DNA from: a virus
Lineage: Duplodnaviria; Caudoviricetes
Virus record (IMG/VR): IMGVR_UViG_3300006071_001396
Location: 1 to 26,795 of that record
Reading direction: 5' to 3' (one strand)
DNA: 26,795 nucleotides
Shown: positions 1 to 8,509 of the stretch, piece after piece
Position numbering within the stretch: position 1 is the first letter of the stretch
How the letters are laid out: each line of letters begins with the position of its first letter
Translations under genes and position numbers: made by a program
Notes under the pieces: generated by a model
The model's input: the letters and a program-made list of their open reading frames with translations, nothing else
Databases searched by the model: none
What the model was told of the DNA's origin: nothing

Positions 1-413
1 TCAATATTGTCTTCAAGAGACTCTGCTGAAAGTTCCCAGTCAAGACGGAGCTTGCGTGTTGTAAGAGATACTTTGTTGAATGTAGCATTTTGTGCAGAGA
101 AAGTTGTAGTATTAGCGTTTGTATAGCTATCGCCACTTGCCACGAAGTTACGTGGGTTGTCTTCCTGTGCAACTGTCATGATACGCTGTCCAACTGCAAC
201 ACGATCAATCTCGGTTGTGTTTGAACGCATACGGATTGTACGAGCTGCCTTAGCAAGAATTGTAGCATCCCACATGTAATCCAAGAAGCGATTAGCTTGA
301 TCTGGATATAGGAGTCCGTTACCTGAAAGGGTAGCAGAGTCTGAAGATGCATTGACTGCTGAAGAACCGAGGTCCGTAGTATCAATTACTTTTTGTAGAA
401 GTTCATTACTCAT
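1..413 (-). CDS. Major capsid protein (HK97-fold), 5' part; runs off the left edge
   Basis: Not in the ORF track. My translation from ATG at 413 is open to the edge: MSNELLQKVIDTTDLGSS...GLLYPDQANRFLDYMWDATILAKAARTIRMRSNTTEIDRV...FNKVSLTTRKLRLDWELSAESLEDNI. SD-like AAGGTGGTGA at 421-430. Lies directly after protease/scaffold. Confidence 0.88.
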   Translation of the reverse strand, partial: MSNELLQKVIDTTDLGSSAVNASSDSATLSGNGLLYPDQANRFLDYMWDATILAKAARTIRMRSNTTEIDRVAVGQRIMTVAQEDNPRNFVASGDSYTNANTTTFSAQNATFNKVSLTTRKLRLDWELSAESLEDNI

Positions 414-445
414 TTTTATTTCACCACCTTGTTTTTTCTGTATTT

Positions 446-958
446 TTATATATTACTAGCACTGAGGAAAGCGCCTTGCCATATACTTTGTTTTGGTTTT
501 GTTTGACCCATTGGAGCTTCTACCCCAATGGACTTCTGTACTGCAGTAGCTGACTCAAAGCCCTTGAGCTGATGATCAACATATTCGATCTTTTCGAACA
601 TATCAGTTACTGACTTACTCAAAGTTTCGTACTTTGCAACGATTTCATCATTTGCCTTTTGAATATCCTCATATCCCTTTGACAAACGCACCATCTCTGC
701 ACGTGTTTCATTGACAATATTGTACATGTCCTGAATTGTTGCAGCATGTGTTGCATAGTTCTTCTCAATAGACTCACCAAAGAAGGTCTTGAGGTCGCTG
801 ACCATCTTTGTCAAATCAAGTGCATCTTCTACCTCAGAGATTGATACGGCCTTTTCAATGCTGGTATCTTCTGCAGTTTCTGAAACAATTGAAACTTCTT
901 CGGCTGGAGCCTCTACATCAATTGACTTCTCAATTGTTGCATCTGTATCTTCTGCCAT
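446..958 (-). CDS. Putative nested in-frame scaffolding protein (170 aa, MAEDTDATIEK...)
   Basis: Full SD AAGGAGGT (965-972) lies 6 nt upstream of an in-frame ATG at 958 inside the protease ORF. Confidence 0.7.
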   Translation of the reverse strand: MAEDTDATIEKSIDVEAPAEEVSIVSETAEDTSIEKAVSISEVEDALDLTKMVSDLKTFFGESIEKNYATHAATIQDMYNIVNETRAEMVRLSKGYEDIQKANDEIVAKYETLSKSVTDMFEKIEYVDHQLKGFESATAVQKSIGVEAPMGQTKPKQSIWQGAFLSASNI

Positions 959-1870
959 GTTGTTACCTCCTTCGTTGAGCGAAATATCATCACTCTTTTT
1001 AAGCCCGTCCTCAAACGAGACTTTCTTTTTGCTATTTTGATCAGGATAAAGATTAATGGTAGCATTGCTATCAATTACATTTCCCGCCAAACCTGGAGAT
1101 GCTGTCTCCGTTGCTTCGTGTGCTGATGTTGGTGCATCATCTTTCTTAAAATAAGAATCAATTACTTTTTCAATTGCTTCAAACTTTTCTGAATCTGCTT
1201 GCTCAACCCAACCAATATTTTCCATTGTTGCATCGCATACAACACAATCTTTTGTTGTTGCTGTATCTGTTGATGCAATCTCATCATTCTTACACCAGAA
1301 AACATTCTCTAATGTTATTCCTTCAATCATACCTTTTACAAATGTACTTCCATCTGTGTTTTTTTCAATAGAAAAAAAGTTTGCAAGCTGATTTGCTGGT
1401 GAATCTACTAATGATAATTCATGCAGATCATAGTCATGGATAACTCTGCGAGTTTCTGATTCCCCGTCAACTTTTTCCATCTTTGCATCATTTATGTTAC
1501 CGCCAATAGAAAAACCTGAATAGGTTCCATCTAAACATTTTTCCCATGCATCCTGTGCGCCTTTTGAAATATAGGCAGTTACATAAACTCCATTATATTT
1601 CTTTTGTGTTTCTGGATCAAAAAATGTATCGTGCTTAAATTTAACCATTTTACCAACTGCTGTTGGTCCGTGCATTTCACGAATGTTTCCTCTGAATCTT
1701 TCAAAAGCTTTCTTATTTGCATCTGCAGTAACAATATCACCATGACGATCAACGTTATCTAGTGAAGCAAAGCCAGACACCAAACGCTTCTCTTTATCAA
1801 CCTTTGTGATAGGGAAATGAAGAGCTGTAGAAGATTCGCTGTTTTGCCAGTACGTTTTTTGAATGTCCAT
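446..1870 (-). CDS. Prohead protease (HK97/XkdF-like) fused to a C-terminal scaffold region
   Basis: RLVSGFASLDNVDRHGDIV, REMH, YSGFSIGG and ELSLVDSPAN are typical prohead protease motifs. Then a Cys-containing segment (WCKND...CVVC) and an acidic, helical/coiled-coil-like C-terminus. Directly upstream of the capsid gene. Confidence 0.88.
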   Translation of the reverse strand: MDIQKTYWQNSESSTALHFPITKVDKEKRLVSGFASLDNVDRHGDIVTADANKKAFERFRGNIREMHGPTAVGKMVKFKHDTFFDPETQKKYNGVYVTAYISKGAQDAWEKCLDGTYSGFSIGGNINDAKMEKVDGESETRRVIHDYDLHELSLVDSPANQLANFFSIEKNTDGSTFVKGMIEGITLENVFWCKNDEIASTDTATTKDCVVCDATMENIGWVEQADSEKFEAIEKVIDSYFKKDDAPTSAHEATETASPGLAGNVIDSNATINLYPDQNSKKKVSFEDGLKKSDDISLNEGGNNMAEDTDATIEKSIDVEAPAEEVSIVSETAEDTSIEKAVSISEVEDALDLTKMVSDLKTFFGESIEKNYATHAATIQDMYNIVNETRAEMVRLSKGYEDIQKANDEIVAKYETLSKSVTDMFEKIEYVDHQLKGFESATAVQKSIGVEAPMGQTKPKQSIWQGAFLSASNI

Positions 1871-1880
1871 ATGTAAATAA

Positions 1881-1889
1881 ATAATATCA
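1881..1889 (-). promoter_or_regulatory. Putative extended -10 promoter (TGATATTAT) for protease/scaffold/capsid genes
   Basis: TGnTATTAT 10 nt before the ATG at 1870, with no SD. Confidence 0.5.
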
Positions 1890-1911
1890 AGTTTTATAAA
1901 TAAGTCATAAT

Positions 1912-2262
1912 TTAACTGATATTTTTTATAATTCCTGAATTGATCTGAATGACCTTTTTTACATCCGAGCCCTCTGGTTGATAAGGTGTACTTTCTTTTG
2001 GAGGGGTTGGTGCTCCTGGATCATGGTCTTCTATGTTTGCAACATATGGCGTGACTATGTGTGAATCTGGGGTAACATTTGGACTAGCCATTGAATTATG
2101 GGATGCAAGTCCACCCGTAACAAATCCCATTATTGGGTACATCAAATGGGCAATATCACGCTGAAAGCCAGTAGCTGCCCAAGCTGAGATCGCACCTACA
2201 AAAGCTATCCCGAGCTGTTTTGCATCGGATACACTAAATTTAAAATGATGTTTTAAGCTCAT
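1912..2262 (-). CDS. Putative holin
   Basis: Two hydrophobic segments (LGIAFVGAISAWAATG; LMYPIMGFVTGGLA) and a hydrophilic Pro-rich tail. ATGA overlap with the endolysin stop. Confidence 0.6.
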   Translation of the reverse strand: MSLKHHFKFSVSDAKQLGIAFVGAISAWAATGFQRDIAHLMYPIMGFVTGGLASHNSMASPNVTPDSHIVTPYVANIEDHDPGAPTPPKESTPYQPEGSDVKKVIQINSGIIKNIS

Positions 2263-3122
2263 AATGAACCCTTTAACTCATCATAAATAATTTGTGGAAG
2301 CGGTCCTGTTACTTTAATGTCCTGTTTTGCTTCATATTTAACTAATGCTGACTGGGTTTGTTTATTCATAATTCCTGTAACATAATTACTTGGAAGAAGT
2401 CCCGCCTTTAATAAAGCTTTTTCTACTGCCATAACTGCATCATTTTTTTGACCCAAATTGAATGCTGTTGTGCTTGTTGGAAATGGAGGTGCCACAAATA
2501 CTGTGGGAGAAGGAGTTGGCGTTGGTGTTGTGCCACTTGTTGTAATTGGAGTGCCATGTAAAGCTGCTGCAGCTCCCGCTGCTGCTGTCCCAGTAGCTGC
2601 CACGCCTGCCGTTGCCTTCTTGCTTGTAACACCCTTTGAAACAGGTTTTAATGGCACTGGATACTTAGGTCTTACAATTGCCATAACATAAAGATAGGGG
2701 CGATGTTCTCTATAGCATCCTCCACCATTTGCAGCAGCACTTGTATTTTTATCAGTTGTATTAAAACCAATTGTTGTTAATCCGTCTGGAGATGCTGATT
2801 CAATTATTTCAACGTGTTCTGCTACGCCAGTACCCCAGCTAAAAAACACCAAGTCGCCTGGTTGTCCTTGATATTTATTTACAACTAAACCTTGTCTTTG
2901 AAACCAAGCTAGCCCTGCTGGGCAATATGCAAATCCTTTTGGAGTTTGTGCAGCAACTAAATGTGATAATCCAACTTGTGCAAAGCACCAAGAAATACCC
3001 ATAGCACAATAACTTGCATTAGGAACACCATACCAAATTCCATATGGGTTTTCATTCATAGGTCCTTCAACAAAACCTATTTGGCTTCTAGCAACATTTA
3101 ATACATCTAATGCTGTTGCCAT
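2259..3122 (-). CDS. Endolysin: N-terminal CHAP-like peptidase, Ala and Pro/Thr linker, C-terminal peptidoglycan-binding-like domain
   Basis: ARSQIGFVEGP..NPYG.WYG...YCAMGISWCF (Cys), PGDLVFF, HVEII (His). C-terminal AVMAVEKAL...G....QTQSALVKYEAK...VTG resembles PG_binding_1. Confidence 0.82.
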   Translation of the reverse strand: MATALDVLNVARSQIGFVEGPMNENPYGIWYGVPNASYCAMGISWCFAQVGLSHLVAAQTPKGFAYCPAGLAWFQRQGLVVNKYQGQPGDLVFFSWGTGVAEHVEIIESASPDGLTTIGFNTTDKNTSAAANGGGCYREHRPYLYVMAIVRPKYPVPLKPVSKGVTSKKATAGVAATGTAAAGAAAALHGTPITTSGTTPTPTPSPTVFVAPPFPTSTTAFNLGQKNDAVMAVEKALLKAGLLPSNYVTGIMNKQTQSALVKYEAKQDIKVTGPLPQIIYDELKGSL

Positions 3123-3124
3123 TT

Positions 3125-4705
3125 TTAGTTACCTTCTTGTGGACCCTCGCCCTTTGCGTTCCGAGCGGTGCCCATTTTATCAGGAGCGTTTAAAGTTCTA
3201 TTTTGATCACGTGTTTTATTTCCACTTGCATCAGATGCTGCATCTTGTGCTGCTTTAGGATTAATAACTAGCACTGCATCACCGCCTTCAAGTGGAGCCA
3301 TTCCACGACGTGCACGAACTTCGTTAGGAGTAATAACTTGATCCTTTAGATATCTGTCATCAATACGAGATTGAGTTTCTTCATCTGTAAGTGCAAGTTC
3401 ATTAAATCTTAAAACAAACGCATCAGTAAATTCTCTGATAATCAAGTTTATTTTAAATTCTAGCTCTTCTTGACGTGGACGGCATACTTGCTCTTTAAAT
3501 GTTTTATCAGCATCTTTAGCATTTGCCAACGATACGTTTGCTGGCATGCCCAACTTAGATACTGGAACACGGTGAGAAAGAAGAATACGGTCTCTATTTT
3601 CTACTGCATAGTTTCTGAATGAAGAGTCTTGTATTCCCGCCTCAATTGGCTCCATGTTGAATTCAACACGGCCTTGCTCGCCATCTGAAGGAAGCGGGAT
3701 ATAAAGAGTTCTATGGTTTCTACCCTTTAGGCCAGTCTGGAAAAATTCAAGCAGTTTACGCTCTGAGTCAGCAGTAAGTTTTGCACCTTTAACAGTAATG
3801 ATATAACGTGGTACAGCTTTATTTTCAAAGTAATCCAGGTTGAAGCGTTGAGCGAATTCATCACCTGCAACCGCATTCTTTGCTGATAATACGTCTGGTA
3901 CTCCATAGTAGGTATTTGACGGAGTAAAAACTTTAAAGTGAATTACTTCGTTTGGCTGGGGATCAGTACCTATCTGATCTGGGGTCTCGGTGTCACCGAA
4001 GTTTCTAAAAAATGTATAACGGTTATAAACAACTTGAACAAAACCATCACGGTGACGACGGATTCTCATGGTTGTTGTAGGAATATGCCCAATGTAGCCA
4101 ATCTTGCCATTTGTTGTACGACCAACTTCAAGGTAAGCATTTCCAGTTGACTCTAAATCAATAAAAACCTTTTTCATTGTTTCTGTAAATGAATCATCAG
4201 AGTTCATTGACTCCAGATAAGAACGAAGCTCTTCTTTGTAACCCTCAAGCTTTGAACGCAACTTGTCAAGCTTCTTTGGATTATCCATGACTTCTTCAAT
4301 TTTTGCAGTTGTAGCCCAGGTGTTATCAAACTTATACCCCAGACCTACTACGTTTGCCGCTTTAGCATTTACTGCAGAGTGATGATATGGAGAAATATCA
4401 TATAGTTGAGCCAAGTACAAAATGTTATATGGAGGCTGAACAATTTGGAAAAGAGAATATCCTGTAAGGTCAAGTGGATCTAATTTCTTAGATTTTGCAT
4501 CACCAACACCAGTAAATGACTTTTGCATTCTATTTACTTGACGACGAAAATTAGGACTTAATCCATCTGACTTCTTAATTTCATCCCATGTAGCATTAAA
4601 TGGATCACCGAAGTCATGTTCTATTGTATGTGATGGAGAATCAAGTTTTACTGTGATCCCGCCCTCATCTTCATCCATGCTGTCGTCAATAGTTAAATTA
4701 GCCAA
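3125..4705 (-). CDS. Portal protein
   Basis: 526 aa with DLESTGNAYLEV.R, EVIHFK, YYGVP, FENKAVP, HRVP...LG and ITPNEVR.R.GM.PLEGGD (PBSX/HK97-type portal motifs). Confidence 0.92.
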   Translation of the reverse strand: MANLTIDDSMDEDEGGITVKLDSPSHTIEHDFGDPFNATWDEIKKSDGLSPNFRRQVNRMQKSFTGVGDAKSKKLDPLDLTGYSLFQIVQPPYNILYLAQLYDISPYHHSAVNAKAANVVGLGYKFDNTWATTAKIEEVMDNPKKLDKLRSKLEGYKEELRSYLESMNSDDSFTETMKKVFIDLESTGNAYLEVGRTTNGKIGYIGHIPTTTMRIRRHRDGFVQVVYNRYTFFRNFGDTETPDQIGTDPQPNEVIHFKVFTPSNTYYGVPDVLSAKNAVAGDEFAQRFNLDYFENKAVPRYIITVKGAKLTADSERKLLEFFQTGLKGRNHRTLYIPLPSDGEQGRVEFNMEPIEAGIQDSSFRNYAVENRDRILLSHRVPVSKLGMPANVSLANAKDADKTFKEQVCRPRQEELEFKINLIIREFTDAFVLRFNELALTDEETQSRIDDRYLKDQVITPNEVRARRGMAPLEGGDAVLVINPKAAQDAASDASGNKTRDQNRTLNAPDKMGTARNAKGEGPQEGN

Positions 4706-5045
4706 GATTCATCTCCCTCATCTCTTTTACATAATCCATCATTGCTGGAAGGTCATGCTCATCTGGCACAAGACCCATTTCTAATCTTTGTCTTTGTTCT
4801 GCCAACTCTTCGTCTGTGACTGGTCTGTGACCCGCCATGAACATTGGCTTACCTTCTTCTAAACCATAATGCTTTGCAGCATCTTTAAGTTTTTTAATCT
4901 GTCTGATATCACCTTTAACGGCGGGGATACTCAAATAAGCCCCTTCTTCATCCATGACAACCTTGCCATCTGGCATCTGCCAAATATAAAGTCCCCAATT
5001 GACCTCATCAATTGGAGTTATCTGCATAGGTTTAGTAGGTTTCAT
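4698..5045 (-). CDS. Hypothetical protein coupled to the portal gene
   Basis: 115 aa ORF overlapping the portal start by 8 nt, with its own promoter-like element. Confidence 0.7.
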   Translation of the reverse strand: MKPTKPMQITPIDEVNWGLYIWQMPDGKVVMDEEGAYLSIPAVKGDIRQIKKLKDAAKHYGLEEGKPMFMAGHRPVTDEELAEQRQRLEMGLVPDEHDLPAMMDYVKEMREMNLG

Positions 5046-5051
5046 ATATGA

Positions 5052-5081
5052 ATAATACCACTATATATGGCTAAAGCACAA
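5052..5081 (-). promoter_or_regulatory. Putative leaderless promoter TTGTGC-N18-TATTAT (TGG extension)
   Basis: -10 box ends 6 nt before the ATG at 5045; no SD. Confidence 0.6.
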
Positions 5082-5113
5082 AAAATGAACATGCTAATGC
5101 CATATTTTACTTG

Positions 5114-7156
5114 TTAAGCATTATTTGTGGGATGTGTATATGCCAAAATTGGCTGACCGCCATTATAATCTGTACTTAAACCAGAGAACTCAGACAAAGT
5201 ACCCAAAGAATTTGAAGCAGACTGGGCATTTCCTATAGAGCTTCCAAATACTGTAGAAGTTGAATAGGGGAAATCTACTTGTGCTACTGTTGCAGTCAAG
5301 AAACTAAGATATCTATTTTGTACACTTCCTACAGACAGAGCATTTGGATATATTGATAGATAGCCAAATGTTCCCCTAGAGTACTGGGTTAAAGTTTTAT
5401 CCCCGCCCAAATAAATAGTGCTTGAAGTTGGAGTAGAATATATACAAACAATATGATAAGCTTCACCCTGAATTAAATATCTTCCGCTAGAGATATCAAC
5501 ACCATTTACATATACATTCTGAAAGCCGTTTTGGTACATCCCGCCATCTTGATTAAAATAAACAGATGCTTTTGTTCCCAGAGTATCCAGAATGTATTGA
5601 ACTTTTGATGTACTAAAGTCATCATATCTAAACCAAAACTCTATTGTTTGATACAAGGAAGTTTGCTGTTGAGGGTATATGGCTGCAACTGAGTTGCTTC
5701 CATCTATAGTTGTGTCTAACTTAATTCCAAAATTTTCAGATCTTGCAAGAATGTTAAAAGAATTATTTTTAATAGCATATGTGTCTCCCGTGTAACTACC
5801 TTGTCTTGGAGTTAATGCAAAAGCTCCCATGTCTGAATATATAGAAAGGTCTTTATAAACTCCAACAACTAAGTTATCAATTCTTGGGCGATATTTTTGA
5901 GATGCATCTGAAGTTGAAATAGTTACTCTTACCAACATGTTTGGATAAACTGCAGAAGAACTGTCTGGAAATTTTATTACTGGATACCCATTTTCTATTT
6001 GATACCATGTAGAACCATTATCTTTTGAAAATTCAACTTTTATAAAGTCCCCGCTTACAGCAGAAGAGCTATCTGGCATACCTGAGTCCCACGCTACTTT
6101 TACTCCAGAAATTTTAGACAGGCCAGAAGATGGAACTGTATATAGCCAAGTACCCGATGAAGACTGAGCTGTTAAAGTTTGATTTAAAGTTAAACCTGTT
6201 GAATCAGCAACTAATGTTGATGTAACTCCTAAACCATAATCAGCTGAATTTCTAAATTCTTTTTTAAATGCAAACATTGTTTCAGAATCTTTAATATCAA
6301 AAAAGAAACCACTAGTTTGTCTTACATAATTTTGCGGGGCAGAATCATTTGTTCCCCATACCATATGTGATCTAATAGTATTGGTAGAAAGTATATAATC
6401 ATAAAAAGCAAGGTTATTAATTACAAAAATGTCTGGTGAAGAAGCTGGGCCCATTTTATAAAAGAAATTTGAAGCCATTGTAGCTGTATCTGAAAAAACA
6501 AAATTAGACGAAACATTTACTGGATTCCCAGGTATGGAGTTCACAGAAACATTTATTGCACCATTGTCATAAGATAAAAATACATGTAATTGAGAGTCCC
6601 ATGACTGAATTTGTTTGTATGTGGTATAAGAAAGAACTTGAGATGTGACTGCATCTTTACCATTTATAGTAAAATAAATTTTATCATTATCAGCAAATGC
6701 CTGTGCCACTATATTGCCTTGATATGAAGTTGAAAACAATGTATTTAATTGTGTCGGGGCTTGATTAAATGATAGCCAAAATTCTATACCAAATTTAAGA
6801 TTTTCTGTTCCATTATAGAACATATTATATACGGGAGTTCCAAGTGCACTTATCTCTGAATTGGATGTTATCTCACATCCCGCCAATTGATTGTCATAGT
6901 TAGACAAAGTTGTTAATGGCAAAACATCTGTAAAATTGGGAGACCCAATTGTAAAAGCAGCATGGTTACCATATTGAGACACATCTTGTAATGTAAAAGA
7001 ATTAGTTGCAGCATTATAATTTGGTTCGTTGGCAAGCCAATCTTGATATGTCTGATATTCAAGCAAAATGGTGTTATAAGTTCTTAGCCCTGATGTACCA
7101 TTCAATGGCCAAAATGCTATAGGATTATCTCTAAGAACTACTTGTTTATATGACAT
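5114..7156 (-). CDS. Large virion/tail-associated protein with LamG/concanavalin-like beta-sandwich domains
   Basis: N-terminal SYKQVVLRDNPIAFWPL, two IEFW motifs, and INNLAFYDY.L / GYLSIYPNALS ends typical of LamG-like domains. Confidence 0.65.
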   Translation of the reverse strand: MSYKQVVLRDNPIAFWPLNGTSGLRTYNTILLEYQTYQDWLANEPNYNAATNSFTLQDVSQYGNHAAFTIGSPNFTDVLPLTTLSNYDNQLAGCEITSNSEISALGTPVYNMFYNGTENLKFGIEFWLSFNQAPTQLNTLFSTSYQGNIVAQAFADNDKIYFTINGKDAVTSQVLSYTTYKQIQSWDSQLHVFLSYDNGAINVSVNSIPGNPVNVSSNFVFSDTATMASNFFYKMGPASSPDIFVINNLAFYDYILSTNTIRSHMVWGTNDSAPQNYVRQTSGFFFDIKDSETMFAFKKEFRNSADYGLGVTSTLVADSTGLTLNQTLTAQSSSGTWLYTVPSSGLSKISGVKVAWDSGMPDSSSAVSGDFIKVEFSKDNGSTWYQIENGYPVIKFPDSSSAVYPNMLVRVTISTSDASQKYRPRIDNLVVGVYKDLSIYSDMGAFALTPRQGSYTGDTYAIKNNSFNILARSENFGIKLDTTIDGSNSVAAIYPQQQTSLYQTIEFWFRYDDFSTSKVQYILDTLGTKASVYFNQDGGMYQNGFQNVYVNGVDISSGRYLIQGEAYHIVCIYSTPTSSTIYLGGDKTLTQYSRGTFGYLSIYPNALSVGSVQNRYLSFLTATVAQVDFPYSTSTVFGSSIGNAQSASNSLGTLSEFSGLSTDYNGGQPILAYTHPTNNA

Positions 7157-7163
7157 ATAACCT

Positions 7164-7169
7164 ATTATA
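7164..7169 (-). promoter_or_regulatory. Putative leaderless -10 promoter (TATAAT)
   Basis: Perfect TATAAT 7 nt before the ATG at 7156. Confidence 0.6.
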
Positions 7170-7183
7170 CCTGTTAACTAGAT

Positions 7184-7411
7184 TTATTGACCTGTTATGG
7201 CTTTTACTTCTTCTTCTGTTAAGCCTAATTTAGATAATTTTGATTGTGCTGAAGCTAGTGCATCTGCTTTTGCTTGAATTTCCGCCGCTTCTTTTTCTTG
7301 TCTAGCAGCTATATCATCTGCCATTTTTTGCATTGCGGATATCTCATCTGGAGTAAGATCTCTTTCCGTAGTTTCTCCTGTGGTGCAATCGTGCTCTATT
7401 ACTGTTCCCAT
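7184..7411 (-). CDS. Small hypothetical protein, possible fibre assembly chaperone
   Basis: 75 aa, SD GGAG, helical C-terminus (SAQSKLSKLGLTEEEV). Last gene of a fibre module; chaperone role is inference from position. Confidence 0.6.
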   Translation of the reverse strand: MGTVIEHDCTTGETTERDLTPDEISAMQKMADDIAARQEKEAAEIQAKADALASAQSKLSKLGLTEEEVKAITGQ

Positions 7412-7420
7412 TTTTTCTCC

Positions 7421-7960
7421 TTATTTATTAGAAATTCCATATAGACTAAAGCTTGTATACTGTGCAAAACTATAAGTTGCATTGTAATGAATAGAAAAAG
7501 TTATGCTTGTAATTGGACCATTATTCATCCACCTTGTGCACCCTATATTCATTTGGTTATTAAACCCGAAAGTTTTGTATATAATACTTTTAGCCCCAGC
7601 GTCCACGTACTGTGGTATATACATGTAAAAACTTTGAAAAGTTCCTGTTGCAGAAGTTGGTGTTGGAGTTCCTGAACTTCCTGGTATTCCAGCTCCTCTT
7701 ATAGAAACGCCATAAGGATACACGCCCACATAGTTTCCTGTTGGATAAAAATCTGGCTGTTGCATATACTCTGAAATATAATAATCAGATGTAGTATCTG
7801 TATTTAAAGTATAAGTTAAAGTAGCACCATTAGCAGTGTCATTTCTTACAGAAGCGATTACCTTCAAATCTCTATATGTTTGGGGGATATTATTAAAAAC
7901 AATAGTTTGGGCTTTATTTGAACCAACTGTTATATTTGATATAAGACTATGAGTAGCCAT
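7421..7960 (-). CDS. Paralogous beta-rich virion-associated protein (copy 3 of 3)
   Basis: IVFNNIPQTYRDLKVI ... PITSITF ... SLYGI. Confidence 0.7.
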   Translation of the reverse strand: MATHSLISNITVGSNKAQTIVFNNIPQTYRDLKVIASVRNDTANGATLTYTLNTDTTSDYYISEYMQQPDFYPTGNYVGVYPYGVSIRGAGIPGSSGTPTPTSATGTFQSFYMYIPQYVDAGAKSIIYKTFGFNNQMNIGCTRWMNNGPITSITFSIHYNATYSFAQYTSFSLYGISNK

Positions 7961-7961
7961 A

Positions 7962-8507
7962 CTATATTACCCCAAACAAAGCTATCTCGGTACCCGCATC
8001 AAAGTATGGATTACCGCTAAAAGTTAAAGATGTTATTGCTGCAGTATTTAATAAAGTATATACACCTGCAAATAATGGCGCTGAAACAGTAGTTTTGCTT
8101 TGTGATGACAAATTTCCACCTAACTGATCAAGCAAAAAAATTTTATTATAATTAGAATTTGAATAATTTGGAAAACAAAAAAAACTAGTCATTGGATAAT
8201 TTAAATCTGGAGCTGATAAACTCAAGAGACCCGAAGAATTAGAATAATAAGCAATATTTGTTGTATTCGTAGGGTAATTTGGCTCTGGTATAGATTTTAC
8301 TCCAGGGTTCGCTCCTTGAAAATAATTATTTATATAAAAAAGGTTTGTAGTATTACCTGCAGTAGAATTTGTTGTAAAAGAATTTAAAGTTACCATTAAA
8401 TGTTTATATTTTTGAGGTATATTTGAAAAAGTTATTGTGGTTGTAGATCCTGAAACTGAAACAAATTTATTTGCAATTGGAGTGTAGGTAGGCAAGTTTA
8501 GAGTCAT
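7962..8507 (-). CDS. Paralogous beta-rich virion-associated protein (copy 2 of 3)
   Basis: ITFSNIPQKYKHLMV ... AITSLTF ... ALFGV. Confidence 0.7.
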   Translation of the reverse strand: MTLNLPTYTPIANKFVSVSGSTTTITFSNIPQKYKHLMVTLNSFTTNSTAGNTTNLFYINNYFQGANPGVKSIPEPNYPTNTTNIAYYSNSSGLLSLSAPDLNYPMTSFFCFPNYSNSNYNKIFLLDQLGGNLSSQSKTTVSAPLFAGVYTLLNTAAITSLTFSGNPYFDAGTEIALFGVI

Positions 8508-8509
8508 GC

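Noticed and set aside
176-385. 69-aa ORF from the track
   Set aside because: Off-frame overlap with the major capsid gene starting at 413.
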